Below, piece after piece: positions 35,720-48,866 of a stretch of DNA of 64,000 nucleotides. How positions within the stretch are numbered: the stretch's first letter is position 1; each line of letters begins with the position of its first letter. The translations under genes and the position numbers were made by a program. This stretch comes from Lingula anatina (Eukaryota > Animalia > Brachiopoda). The notes beneath the pieces were generated by a model. It made no database searches, was not told the DNA's origin, and worked only from the letters and a program-made list of their open reading frames with translations. Where the stretch lies: the NCBI GenBank assembly GCA_051362555.1, contig CM120644.1, positions 15,770,534 to 15,834,533 on the forward strand, written 5' to 3'.

Positions 35720-38349
35720 AATACTTATTTTCATTAAAAAAACTTCGAGAACAGTGGGAACACGACGCGTACGGTCTGATCACAAAACACGGAACGTTCG
35801 AGCCACGCAGGATCGGTGCTTATTTCCATAACGCTTTAAATAACACCCCAAGAAATAAGGGGCGTTGCGAATGGGTAAATTCTGATTTAGTGGTTCTCAA
35901 AGACATGTCGGCAAGCATTTACTCAGCAGATCGCAATATGGTCAGCACGAAGGAATATTTAAAGGTCGTAGGACGTAGGAAATATGCACATATTTCAGAA
36001 TGATCTGTAAGAAGAATTAGGGTTAAAGGAAAAACCAGGAGGGAATTTGCTGATATGTGAACTCGCTAAAAATAAGTTTGCATTTCTATTTCCCGGTGTA
36101 TGCTTGTAATATCTTATTTCCCATGACTTAATATTCCATTTGGTTTATCCTCAAGCGTGTGTATTAAATCAATCTCCCTCTGTGTTTTTGCTGTTTCACT
36201 ATCTCTCTTCACTTATACATATATTGTTGTGACAAGTGTAATGCAGTGCTCGCTATACTATACCTCTTCAGTTGTTCATAAGCAACAATTTTAACTGTCA
36301 GTGTCTTTCTCTGCTTTTTCCCTCTATTAGTCTCTATTACACGCAAAAATACACACTGGCTAGAGAAGTAATAAACAGTGTGCACTTACTGCATGTCCGA
36401 AAACCAATTTGTTCATTAAAGAGAACCTGAGCAATAACCGTGCTGCCGATCAAAATCTAGAAAGGAGAACGCCGTCGGGTTTAGTACCTGGTAACGAGCG
36501 AGAAATGCGTTCAGTTGCGAAATGCGACGCTTCTAAGAGCGAAAAGAGCGTATATTGAGAATTTGGTTGTTATAACAGACGTAAAGCAGGGGAAGGTTGG
36601 AAGAGAGAGAGAGAGAGGGGGAGAGAGAGAGATCAAAACGACCAATTTTTCTTGTCCCACAAACCCAAAGGTGTAAAGGGTAGACAGTGGTCATTTTTAT
36701 TTTGAATATTGTCTTACAAACTGTTCATGCCTACAGATATTTCTAAAATATAGCTGGTTAAAATTATTAGGGTATTACTGGGGTGCTAATGATTTATCCA
36801 CCTCTCACCCGCCTGAATAATGTTGCGCTTTTATTTGGTTAAAAACCATTTCCGGTCGTGTTTGCAGACCGGTAAACGCTTGCACATATTTTGGGAACTC
36901 TTCCCGACAACATTAAGAAAGTCGATGCTACTCTATTTACTGAAAAGTAATCGACAAATCAAAGTCATTAGCACCTGATGGAAATGTTGATTCAGATCCA
37001 AAAGGGTTATTACTTTTGGAACTCCTCCAAAAGGGCAGGGAGCTAAGCAGCTTTATTATTTGGTAGCAAAGATATTGAACGACTTGTCAGGTACAGTACA
37101 TGTACCATGCGACGAAAGAAACACTTCAGAGAAAGCTTAATCTATTTTGTTGTAATCTTTGGGGACGTTAGGGATTTGTTCTATGATCCAATGGGTTTGT
37201 ATTTGGGACTTATGTCAGAAACATCGTTTTCAATCATAAAGACAAAATGTGATCGAGATAATTAGCATTTGACACCGCTGGAGTAATAGGGCCAGAGCAC
37301 GTGATCAGGCAATTAGGTGTTGCGACAGCACATTGATTCGACTGATGATGTAATTAACCAGGTTCTTCGGTGACTCGAAGTAAAAGCTATTCCATGTTAT
37401 TCCCATTACCCGTTAAGGTCAATTAAATGTTGTGAAGCATTGGATATTTCAAAGCATCTCTCTCTTTCTCCCGCCTTCCCGCTCTCTCTCTTTGCCACGT
37501 TTTCAATAGCTCTGCCACTTTTTTTTAAATAATAGTCCTGCCACTTTTTTGTTATCAGTCAGGGTTTTGTTTTTATTCTAAACATTATGCTCCGGGAATG
37601 TTATAAAAAGGAACCGTGAAAAATATGGCGAATTCGTGGTGTGTCACAGAGTGTTAATCCAGCTTGATTTCTGAACAAAATCCAAAAAATCCTGACATTT
37701 TATTACTATCTCGGACGATTCGCTTCGCTGCTCTTAAACTCGAATATGCTAAATCTTCGTGTAATGAGCGTGTTATCTTTTGCAAGCACACGCTAGGATC
37801 ATTGAGAATGAGTTGTTCATTAAGTCAGTCTATCAAAAAACGATAAAGTAGTATATTCTTCAACGACCGTAGTAAATTGATTTTTTCTGTCACGGTGTAA
37901 ACAAGAACACCAACGCAGACAACAGTTGCAAGGGTTCAGATGTTTGAAGGGTTTTACACTGAATCAGTACCCATAAGTCGCCATATTTAAATGGGTTCAT
38001 ACCGGGATGTGTGGAGGGGCAGCTTCAAAAATATAGTTTTACTCCAAAATTGAACTGTATAAGCTAGCCAACCGAGGGATCGTTTGGTCCCCTTGTTGTG
38101 CTTTATAAATTAGACGAGCGCCATAGGGAAACGGATTGATTGTCTGGTGGTGATTATAACTCTTCGTGTTCTGAAATTAGTTGTTTAATATATTTTGTTG
38201 GTTCATTTTTCATGATTTATTGTTCAGTCACGCTTGAGTTGAATGATTATGTCTTTTAATTGGATCCCGGGGTTTGTCGCTGTGGCGTAACTGCAATTAA
38301 GATGATTGAGACGGAAGTTTATAACCCACAGACCCTTTGTGTAGATTAA

Positions 38350-38603
38350 GACCGCATTCAGATTCAAACATCGAACCAGCTGGATCGATCTAACTCTGTG
38401 TGGGATTCTAACTAAAGTGCATTCAATTTAGTCAGTTAATTGCCAGACACTCTTTGAAAAGATAATTGATTGGTTAATTACCCCACTAGCAACTGGTGAT
38501 GGCGTGTCAGACATTTTAGCCGATTACAGTGATTGCACTTAGTGAGACTCTCCCACAGAATTGGATCGATCCAGCTTGTAAGATGAATTTATCTGAACGC
38601 TCA
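38350..38603. mobile_element. Diverged member of the palindromic 215-bp MITE superfamily
   Basis: AGCTGGATCGATC / GATCGATCCAGCT arms and TAGTGAGACTCTCCC and TAATTACCCC blocks. Confidence 0.65.
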
Positions 38604-38854
38604 ATAAAATTGGTCGCACCTAGTGTGTCTGGCGGCGGATGGTTATTCTCCTCCAACCCAACATTTATTTATAATGTCAGCCAGCGCACACTGCTACAAG
38701 AGGGGGAGGGTCACGTTTTGTGTTATGAAGTCTGCGTAATGACGCTGGCATGTTACCACAGCGGAATTTTGCCATTTGGACTGTGTAACGCTAGGAGACG
38801 AGTAGTATGTCTACCGGTAGTCTGGTGCGGAACAAAACCGCCATTAATACTCTA

Positions 38855-39115
38855 AAACTCAGGGTGATAGCTAATTATACCATCCAGAGTAGAGGCACCA
38901 GTGAAGTGTTTGAAACTCAAGGTGATGGTTTGCTAAATGGTGCTAAGTAGAGAAACGCCATAGAGTGCTTTAAACTCAGGTTGATGGTTAGTTAAATGGT
39001 ACAAAATGAAGAAACTACAGAGTGTTTGAAACTCAGGGTGATGGTTAGTTAAATGGTACAAAATGAAGAAACTACAGAGTGTTTGAAACTCAGGGTGATG
39101 GCAACTAATATGGTT
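38855..39115. repeat. Minisatellite, 57-59 bp unit, about 4.5 copies
   Basis: AAACTCAGGGTGATGG...GAGTGTTTG recurs at 38855, 38913, 38972, 39029 and 39086. Confidence 0.9.
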
Positions 39116-39189
39116 AAAACCAGTAATGAACTGTATTTCGTACAGAGGCCAATATCATAACCTAAACGTTACATAAACAGAGCAAAATA

Positions 39190-40211
39190 TCGGACACTGT
39201 CACACTAAATGGCGTATTGCACTTGCGTATGATATACGCAGACAAACGCATAAGGTTCGTTGTTATTATCCCATAAACGTTTTGCATACGCATGCAGGTG
39301 TTAGTGTTAGCTTATATACGCAGAAGGATGGAAAGGTTTTTGAGCATGTTCAAGATTTTTCAGCGTATACGCGCGTTTAAGTCGTACGCGGCCCGTGCGT
39401 TACACATACGCTAGGCATACGAAGAATAAGCTATAATGACTCTAAACATACTTAACAGCTACGTTTTTAATGCGGTGATTTTATATACGCAGCGTATATC
39501 AGCTAAGTACCGTGTGGGCCGAGTCCCTTACGATTAATTGATGGATTTCAACAAATGTTTGCCGTATATTAACATATTTTGCTCATAGTAGCGTATGCCA
39601 AACGCATTTTTCGTTTGCTTAACACATGATTACCGTATGACAAATGCATCCTTTTGTCATAAAATAAGAGTACAATTTGCACATTTCTATCACAACTGCC
39701 CCAAATGGAGAGGATAAATGTAGATATTTGCTAATATCCAGTTGGATTTGATCCAGTTTGTGATGCATGAATTATCAACAAAACAGAAGCACGCTATCCG
39801 TGCATTATTCATACATGTAAGCTCATATGCGTTAATGATACGCTTATTTACGGTACTCGTACCCTCATATGCGCTAAGGAAACGCTCGTGTATGCGCTTA
39901 TCAAACGCTCAAATACGCTAATTGTACGCGAATATACGGTACTCATCCGTAACTGATACGTTGATACACAGTGTCCATAAAGGCTACATTAACAACAACA
40001 CGCCTTTTAAATTACTCAGACGGTATTCAATCGCAAGTTATAAGGTGTGAATGTGCTTTCAATACGCCAATACGCCGTTTCTACGCTGCTTATTCTTTCT
40101 TTCTCATTCGCCGGAAAAAGGTTGGTTTCTTACTCTCAAAGTTACGCATACAATCGATTTCACATACATGTACGTACTAGTACCTCTTTTACGCTAGATG
40201 TGACGGCACCC
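39190..40211. mobile_element. About 1-kb non-autonomous TIR element rich in ATACGC/GCGTAT; diverged reverse fragments at about 3930-4110 and 10919-11099
   Basis: Ends GTCACACTAAATGGCGTA / TACGCTAGATGTGAC; 40010-40205 aligns with the reverse complement of 3930-4110. Confidence 0.6.
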
Positions 40212-41754
40212 AAAGCACAAGAGGCCCATAAGTTTCTTAATGAAATTTCATAATATATGTTTTTTTTTTTTGTTTTTTTTTTTTTTGACATCACAAAACA
40301 AAACATACATTTTTCACACGAACACATATTACAACATATATGCAATAGACACAAACTAGCATACAGTGGTCTCATTGGACATTAATAGCACTTAAAAATG
40401 GTATTACATGTATTTCTAATGATCGATATTGTTTCATAAACATCTCATTTATCCCCAAACAATCACATCTGTTGAATGCAGCCCAGTGTTGATGGGTTCA
40501 GTGTGGTAATACATTACTATTGCCCAAAACATGAATTGAAAATAACACCATCGGAGGTAAATATGGCCATACCTAACAGATGATATATATATAAGAAATA
40601 AAAAAGCAGTCTCTTTTATACCGACAGCTTTTGATTAATAATTCCAGGTAACGTGGAGCGATACAAAGGAGCGACCGCGTCACATCGGATATTGGCGTCT
40701 AATCCTGGATTATTTTATCAGCGTCTCATTCACCAGCGACGCCTGCGTTGAACAAAATCATTTCACTTCCGGTGAAGGGAGCCACAACAAGATCATCACT
40801 TGAGCTAAGCATCGGCGCTTCGTGGAAGGACCATTTGTAATTTCTTTTTTTCTCCGAAGACAATTCTACGAGTACGTGACGCCAGGCCTCTCGAACGTAT
40901 TGTTTATCGGACAATGTATTTCACAGTCGATAAAGCACATCAGTCTTGCTGTTTCCAGGAAGCCTATTTCGCAATAGACGAGACAGATCAAACGCGGCAG
41001 TTTGAAGTTGAGAGTCATTACGACATCTATTTCCCTCGATATAATTAAGACGTATGTTTCAAGCAATTTATTTTTCATTCTTTTTTTTAAATAAAATGGC
41101 TTCTGAATCGTTAAATCAATAGCGATCGAGAGGGTTTAAATGACAGACATGGGATCCGAATTAATGTCGGTGCCGATTTGATACGGAATTATTATTATTT
41201 TCTCGCAGTGACTTAAAAACGTTGCTCTAATCGAAAAGAACTTCACTCTGTCAGGGCCAGAGACGAAGCACATAGACAAATAAGTAGAAGATCACAGGAC
41301 TGCGTTTGAGAGAACAAAGAAACAGGGACGTTTTACCCATGGTTAGCACTATAAAAAAGGGACAAAGCATAGTTTGCATTCACAGGAAAAAAAACGAATT
41401 ATGCCCACATTATAAGCTATAGAAAATCAGGACAGCGTTCGTACTATTCAGACTTCTCTACTAATTACATGCGATAGGGACGTGTTATTGAACCTACTGC
41501 GGCGATTTATCACCGTATATAATTGAGTAAGTTTTTCCTAAAGAGTCCACATTAACTGGCTTGCGTTACGTTTAATAAGGCAATCATATGCTAGGCACGG
41601 TGAAACGGACGCAGATCAGTTATAAGGCATAAAGACGTTGAACGATACCGCACGGTTGCAAAATTACCAGTAACAAACAGTAGGCCTACATCGCTCAGTA
41701 GACGTTGCTAAAGCCTGCATTGAAACGGACTCCGAGACGGATCACATCATTGCC

Positions 41755-42864
41755 ATGAATCAAAGCATTGATGAAACGGAACTTGGAAACAGCTCCATAC
41801 CCGAATATATTCTCAACATGCGGAATACAACGGCGGTGCTTTTTCCAGTGTTATACACATTCGTTCTCCTCATTGGAGTCACTGGGAACGTGCTGGTTAT
41901 TTACGTCATAATTTCGAACAAGCACATGAGAACATGCCCGAACATGCTGTTCCTAAATCTGGCGGTGTCCGATCTTCTGTTCTTGGTGTTTTGCGTCCCG
42001 CTTCAAGCGGCGTTCTTTGTGACGAAATACCAGTTGAAAATTGGCACCCATGCCTGCAAAATGCTCAAGTACACGACGTTTGTTTCGACGGCGGTCGGTG
42101 CATACTCCCTGGCGGCCATCTGCGCTTTCCGTTGCCGCGCCATCGTTTCTCCGATCCAAGCGTCACGGTTTTTGACCACTCGCCATTCAATGATGACCAG
42201 TTTAATTATCTGGCTGGTCATGCTTGCGGTCAACACGCCTTTGGCCATTTATTACCGCGAGAATGGACAATGTACGACAGCAGACGACATTTCTGACCAA
42301 TCCCTAGCGCTCCTTCTCACCGTCATGCTTGGGGCCGACTTTCTTCTGCCAGTGTTGTTTGTCATAGGAGCTACAGCGGTCATTGTTCGGCACTTTCAGG
42401 CCCATTCTATCCTGTCTGAACACCCGTCTGTCACAGCAAATGGCTACAACCGCAAAGTGATCGTAGTCGTCATCGCCGTGGCAGCCATATTTGTCGTCTG
42501 CTGGGGTCCCTTCAACTTCCTGGTGCTGTTTGCGACGCTGGGGGGTAAGGCGGATCGGAAGGTCATGCCGTTTGTTTCCCTGGTGACCACTTTCCTTGCC
42601 TACTCCAACTCGTGTCTCAACCCCATCATTTATAACTTTGCGTCGAACGAATTTCGAAAGTCGTTCAGGAAGACCGTCAAGGGTGCCTGGTGCTTGAGGG
42701 GATTGAGCAATAGGAAAGATGGCCGCATGTCTCGGGTGACGGACCGCACGGGAAGGGACAACGGAACGACGATGCAGGATTTCTCTTCTTCGAGAATGTC
42801 GAGAAGAGCTTCGGAGAGAACCACGCTCAGTGCCGAGTTCGCTGAGAAACCCTGTGTACCTTGA
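41755..42864 (+). CDS. Class A peptide GPCR, allatostatin-A/galanin receptor-like (369 aa, single coding exon)
   Basis: Seven hydrophobic segments with GN (TM1), NLAVSDLLF (TM2), Cys in TM3 and ECL2, W4.50, P5.50, CWGP, NSCLNPIIY and helix 8 FRKSF; N-terminal sequons NQS, NSS and NTT. The subfamily call is tentative. Confidence 0.93.
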   Translation: MNQSIDETELGNSSIPEYILNMRNTTAVLFPVLYTFVLLIGVTGNVLVIYVIISNKHMRTCPNMLFLNLAVSDLLFLVFCVPLQAAFFVTKYQLKIGTHACKMLKYTTFVSTAVGAYSLAAICAFRCRAIVSPIQASRFLTTRHSMMTSLIIWLVMLAVNTPLAIYYRENGQCTTADDISDQSLALLLTVMLGADFLLPVLFVIGATAVIVRHFQAHSILSEHPSVTANGYNRKVIVVVIAVAAIFVVCWGPFNFLVLFATLGGKADRKVMPFVSLVTTFLAYSNSCLNPIIYNFASNEFRKSFRKTVKGAWCLRGLSNRKDGRMSRVTDRTGRDNGTTMQDFSSSRMSRRASERTTLSAEFAEKPCVP

Positions 42865-45100
42865 AAATACCTGTGGACGTACGTATATCTGACAATTTAT
42901 GCTCAGAGAAGATATATTCTATTTACAAATGAATACCGCATTATTTATTTCACTGTGCCAGCATGAAAACGATCTACCGATGCAGTTTATTTTTGTCCTG
43001 TTTACCTAGCAAGATGACAAAATGAGATAAAAGTCTCATTCCAAATAAATATCACCGAACTCCTTAAATAATGGAATACGCGATCTAGCACGAATACTCA
43101 CTCTGTATAGCTTCACAACAGTAACGCAGTCATGCTATATTTATGATTACTTCTTCTATACTGTTGCATAGTGAGCTCGAAATCAATTAAAACCGACTGG
43201 AGTCTGGATAAAATAACGAGGGTAAAAATGTCGAATTTGGATTGTGCATTGTTGGAAAATATATAAATTTCGAAATTTGCACGGGGAATGATATACAAGG
43301 AGTATTTAAGTCATATTTATGTGGCATTTGTATGCTTTTTAACTGTATTTTTAACTGTATTTTCTCACTAGTTATACAAGATACGACAAATGCGGGGTTG
43401 GGTTTATATGAGGATCACAATAAGCCCCATTGGAGTCAACTGTGGGTCCCACTTTGCTGACTTAATAGTGTTGGCAAATACGCAGTGTTTAACCCCCCCT
43501 CCCCAATTATGGATTTAGAGCCATTTATATGGAACTGTGTGGGACCCGCATCCCCTATGTAAACCTTACTTTAACCAGTTCTCAGAAGGCTTAACTGGCT
43601 TTCTGTCTTTTTCGCTTTGATCGATGACTCGGAGTATCAGCTGTCTATAAGTAGCTAATTGCTTCCATGCTGAAAACCAGCTTCCGAGTTGGACCGTGAG
43701 TTAAATATCTACGACGTCGAAGAATGAACGAAGCTGTCAATGAAATAGCTTGGTTGCATGGAGTGTGTTGGACACCCACTCGTTGTATAAGTGAAAAGTC
43801 TTACGATGCCATTATGTCAAAGACTATTGATTCATGGCTGCTTCTTTCCAACGTCTGATAAAAAGAAGATGGAATGAATATCCACATAATACAAACACGC
43901 GTGTTAGGAATGCAGTTTGGTATTTAATACACGGGGTTATTAAATCATCACGAGTTTGATAATAAATGATAGGTAAATCCAGAGGGAAAGCCAAAGTGGT
44001 TGACGAGCGCGACCGACCCTAGTTTTGAGAGGTTCGGTTTTTTGGCAGCAATTTTAAAGGATAAAAAAAACTGATAAGCTGACATGTCTGTTAAACATAT
44101 TATGTTTCAGAATTAAGCACAAAAATAGAATTAGTTCTCCGACCTTATTTGGTCGTTCATAAATTACGGTGGCTATATTGGCCCTTTCTTTTGAATTTTG
44201 TATGTTAAATCGAATTTATTAACGGTGACGGTATATATATATATTTATTATTTTCATGTTCATGTGGCATTAGTAAACACTGAAAAGTGTGTAAATTCAA
44301 GGAACTTTTTCAAAGTACCTTTTTGGGGTAATCGTACGCACATTTTTTATATTTGCATATGTTGGGAATAGAAATTCATAATGCTTATGGTATGATTTGT
44401 GTCATTTGAATGTCTTCATTTCTTTGTGCTAATAAAATATAACAAGGTGATAAAATAATTACAGTTGTGATTCACTTTGTGGAATATGTGCTCAACGCGT
44501 TGCACAATGCGCTCTCAGATTCTGTTTGCTAGTAAAACAAGAAAAAATGCACCATTTGTTCTTACCTTCACTTACAGGAGGGTTCCATGGGAAGGGGGTA
44601 GTGCTTACAGTTCGAGGGAAATGAAATCGTCATACACAAATCGCAGAAAATTAAACTTTATTTACTGGTAATGCGAGTCGAAAATCCTGAAAAAAAAACT
44701 TATCACCGGGTGTTATGACTTCGTTTCGCGTGGGACGAAGAATAAAAAACTGCATTCTCGAGTCATGGGATTGAGGTGTTTCATGGAACACGCTAAATGA
44801 TATGAACGTTTCACGCATGTCGGGAAATAAAAAGAGACTTTCACGGGTAGTGAAACCCAATGGGACCCTCTCCCAGGTACCATGTAAGTAGCCGTCCCTA
44901 TAGGCATACGGTGCCCATTAGACTTTTCACGGCAAAAGAAAAAAAAAAAAAAAAAAAAAAAAAACAAGTTCTCGTGGGATATGTCTCTCTGCAATTAGTG
45001 TAAATCAACACTGTAATGCAACAGCAATCATGGGATTACTCGTAGTCTATCTGCTCTAAGTATGCTAATAGTTCAGCTTTGGAGCGGACGTTGAACCTAA

Positions 45101-45793
45101 GACTGGGTTCGCATACTTAGACCCCATTCCCACAGATTTTAGATCGATCTATTCCCGTGGGTAGTCTCACTAGATTACTGTCAGCTTAGCTGGCTTAAAT
45201 GTCTGTCCCGCCTACAAAAAGCTTTAAGGGGGTAATTAACTTCCGTGCGCGGTCGGTTGACAGCAAATTAGCGGGAACCCCCAGGGAGTTAGGTCGATCC
45301 AGATCTTAATCTGTGGATCGATCTAAATCTGTGCGAATGCGCTCTTAGATCGATCCATCTGGATCGACCTAACTTCCTGGGGGTTCCCGCTAAATTGCTG
45401 TCAGCTCAAGAGGCTTAAATGTCTGTCACGTCTACCAAATCAGCTAGGGGTAAAGATAATTACCCCCCAACAGCTTTACTAGGCGTGACAGACGATTAAG
45501 CCGGTTAGTTTGATAGTAATTTAGTGAGACTCCCCAGGGAGATAGATCGATCCAAACATCTGTTGAAATGGTTTCTAAGACTGCATTCCCACAGATTTTA
45601 GATCGATCTATCCCCATGGGGAGTCTCACTAGATTGCTGCCAGCTTAGCCGGCTTAAATGTCTGTCCCGCCTATTAAAAGCTGTAAGGGGTTAATTTACG
45701 TTTGTGCTCGCTCGGGTGACAGCAATTTAGCATGAACCCTCAGGGAGTTAGGTCGATCCAGACGGATCGATCTGAATCTGTGGGAACCCAGTC
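45101..45793. mobile_element. Cluster of three 215-bp-family MITEs: an inverted pair plus one nested copy (45120-45344, TTA TSD)
   Basis: Outer ends TAA|GACTGGGTTC and GAACCCAGTC|TAA; each of the three units aligns with 18959-19173. Confidence 0.8.
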
Positions 45794-46509
45794 TAACTCA
45801 TAGTGTCCGTTCCGAATGAGTGAGGTCGACCTAGCTAATGCACGCAAACTCTATGGGGACTCTTGCTGAATGCCATCATTTCCATTGTGAGAAAAACTAG
45901 CACTAGCAAAAGATTTGGACGCCTTTTGGGCTATTACGTTGGCAATCTCAAAACTTCGACATACAGTAACATAAAGTAGCGGTATATTCCATGATCAACG
46001 CGAAACGGCCTAACTGAATTCTGTAAATGTCAGTAAATATTGATAAGGTTGCAACATGAATGGCCCACTAAACCTAGTCCCTAAAGGCTGCCATATATCA
46101 TGTTTTGAATGTTTAGGTAATGGAGGAAGATTACTTTAGGTTTACATTCTCATGAGCCTTTCAACCAAAAATAATCACGTCCGTTTGCCTTTACATGTTT
46201 TAAATGCACTTTGAAGTTAATTCTACATATGATATAGAGGAGGTACCTGAAAAATGCATTGTTTTTCAATAAAAAAACAACACTCTTATTTATTGACTTT
46301 CGATTTTAGCTTTAAGTTCACATTTATTTAATTATTTATTTATTTGTTTATTTATTTATTTATTTATTATGATTAGAATTAACTGAACTGTGAACATATA
46401 TGTTGTCAGTATACCACGAACAAGATCACTTTTGTAGTACCTGTTATTGCAACTGTACGCATTGCACCGGTTTTGTAATCATTTGCAACGTTGTTGACAG
46501 ATTCCCTTT

Positions 46510-46911
46510 TTAAACTCTTAAAACCTATCATAAGGAATACCTTGCGGCTTGAAACCTCTGGTAACAGCAAGATGAGGTCAAGCGTAAGAGCGACTGTTGC
46601 TGTGACTAGACACTGACATAGGGGGCCTTAGTGGGACGTGTAACATTTTTTAAGACAATAATTAGGAAAATAGGAGATCCAAAATATTGCTTTCAGTGGT
46701 TGTCGTATGACTTAAAATAGGCAATGTATTTTTGTATGCTTCAGTGGCGAATTCAATTAATGAACTGATGTCACAATGACATCGAATAGATTATCAAAAG
46801 TTATTAAAACACGATTTTAATCCTTATTTTCATTTATCAGTCAGCAAAATAGAAAAAAAAACTGATGAATTATGATTTGGAAAAAATATTCCATATTAAA
46901 TGTCAAGTCTG
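46510..46911 (+). mobile_element. 3' fragment of the same Tc1 family in the opposite orientation
   Basis: Diverged reverse complement of about 4473-4875, ending in the TIR ...ATGTCAAGTCTG|TA. Confidence 0.85.
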
Positions 46912-47181
46912 TATGTAGCAAGCGTGTACTTATGTCCGGATACCTTAATCTGAATACGCACACACACACACACACACACACACACTTCGTTTTGGAGGTC
47001 TGCACCCCCATTGGATCCTCTTTGACTACATGGGCCGCAAGTACTTTATGTTCATAGCATATATTATACTGCAATTCTGTACACTTTTTAGAGGTCCCCG
47101 TGATATCAAAGAGTACATGTACTTTTGGGGCAAGGGGTGTAATATCAGGGTATTGATGTACGTTAACCCAGCTTTTAATAA

Positions 47182-47498
47182 CAGGCCTACCCAACTACCA
47201 GACTCGGCACCAAATGATCCTGAATTCACCGGTAGATCAGACCACACTACCCGTTTTCAAGGTGTGAGTCAGTTTGCATTACACAGTATCATACCCTGAA
47301 CAAATTTTGAGTGGTGATGCAATGCTTTTCAACCCCGCTGAGAATCGTCCCTATCACATCGCGTACTAGGCAAGAGCGGTGTCACGTCTGATACTGTGAA
47401 ATGCGTACTGATACACACCTTGAAAACGGGTAGTGTGATCCGATTTACCGGTGAATTCAGGATCATTCGGTGCCGAGTCTGGTAGTTGGGTAGGCCTG
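47182..47498. mobile_element. 317-bp fold-back MITE with ~110-bp arms and a 5-bp TSD (AATAA)
   Basis: CAGGCCTACCCAACTACCAGACTCGGCACC / GGTGCCGAGTCTGGTAGTTGGGTAGGCCTG, with AATAA on both sides. Confidence 0.85.
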
Positions 47499-47890
47499 AA
47501 TAATATGCATGATGACGATCAGGTGGTAGACTTAATATTGGTGTAAATTTATAAATATTCAGACTCTAACATTGTTACAGAGGCCCTTTTCGCATATTGC
47601 AGGACACCTTTCTGTGTATATGTATATATTCCCTCTGACTGGTTCTAACGTGTAAATGAGGTGGGGGTAGGGTGTTAGGTGTGTGTGCGGGGGGGGGGGG
47701 TACTCTTTGTCACAACTTCGCTTCCAACATCGGGAGACCCACTTTATGGGAAGTCCCAATATAAATATGGTTATAACTGAATGTGCCGAATGTGGAGTCT
47801 TCGTTTAGGTGTCTCTCTAATTACGTCAGCCGTAATAATACATTGGTGCCATGCAAAACTATTGTACTGCTCGGTGTTCGAAAGGTCTAA

Positions 47891-48105
47891 CACCCCATTC
47901 TCATAGATTAGATCGACCTACATTGGATCGACCTAACTCCCTGGGGGTTCACGCTAAATAGCTGTCAGCCGGGCGGACACGAAAGTTAATTGCCCCTTAA
48001 AGCTTGTAGTAGGCGGGGACGGACACTTAAGGGGGATTATCTGACAGTAATCTAGTGAGACTCCCCGCGGTGATAGATCGATCTAAAAGTTGTGAGAACA
48101 GAGCC
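47891..48105. mobile_element. 215-bp Harbinger-like MITE with TAA TSD
   Basis: Reverse complement of 18959-19173; TAA at 47888-47890 and 48106-48108. Confidence 0.85.
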
Positions 48106-48687
48106 TAAGTAAGTCATCAAGCGTACCAAGTCCTCATAGGGTTTATTGGTCCCCTGGTCCAACCTGGTGATGGCGCGACATGCATGGTACATCTAGTTGC
48201 CAATAAAAATGACAAACAAAAAAATAGCAATATTAACTCCATTCGTAAGAGATGCACGCGTTTCGTGCTGTTGCAAATCCACAATTTGTTTATTGCACAA
48301 TAAATGTCATATATGTGATTAACAAAGATATAAATGAGAATATAATGTCTTCCTGTTATTTCAGTGATTAGCGAATTAAACCCGCCAGTCTTCGTGCCTA
48401 TAAACGGATTAGGCGTTAGCCAATTTGAGCCTCTTATCAGTTTTGTGGACACAAATGCCCAACTTAACGACTCGAGCCAAGAATTAAGAATCACAACGCA
48501 AAATTAGTAGTCACGAGCACAGCAACAGGACCCGTAAAGCGCAAATGCGCTTATCTACCAGTTCGGTACGTTCTGTGCCATTATAAGCCGAAAATTCTCG
48601 CCACATTAATTGCTGCCATATTAAAAAAGTCATATGCATATGTATATGTGGTTTGAGAGAACAGTTTCATTAGCTCTGTATGTATCA

Positions 48688-48866
48688 ATTCAAATTGTTG
48701 TTTTTCTTTTTATCAAGAGCTTGTAAAATATGTGGGTATTACCTCCAATATTTCTACCCTAGTCATTTACTCCCTGATGATGGTGACTGACAGTCACAGA
48801 AATATTGGAGGTAATACCCACATATTTTACAAGCTCTTGATAAAAAGAAAAAACAACAATTTGAAT
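48688..48866 (+). mobile_element. Penelope-like element end: near-perfect ~66-bp inverted repeat enclosing a minimal hammerhead ribozyme motif (48767-48814)
   Basis: CTCC-CTGATGA-TG-GTGAC-tgaca-GTCAC-A-GAA-ATAT-T-GGAG gives both core boxes, stem I, stem II and a palindromic ATAT in place of stem III. Confidence 0.6.

Noticed and set aside
38855-39115. CRISPR-like repeat-spacer array
   Set aside because: The apparent spacers are homologous to each other (two are identical), there are no cas genes and the context is eukaryotic; it is a minisatellite.
41934-42824. Overlapping and antisense ORFs in the GPCR
   Set aside because: Shadow frames of a GC-richer coding region with no recognisable motifs.
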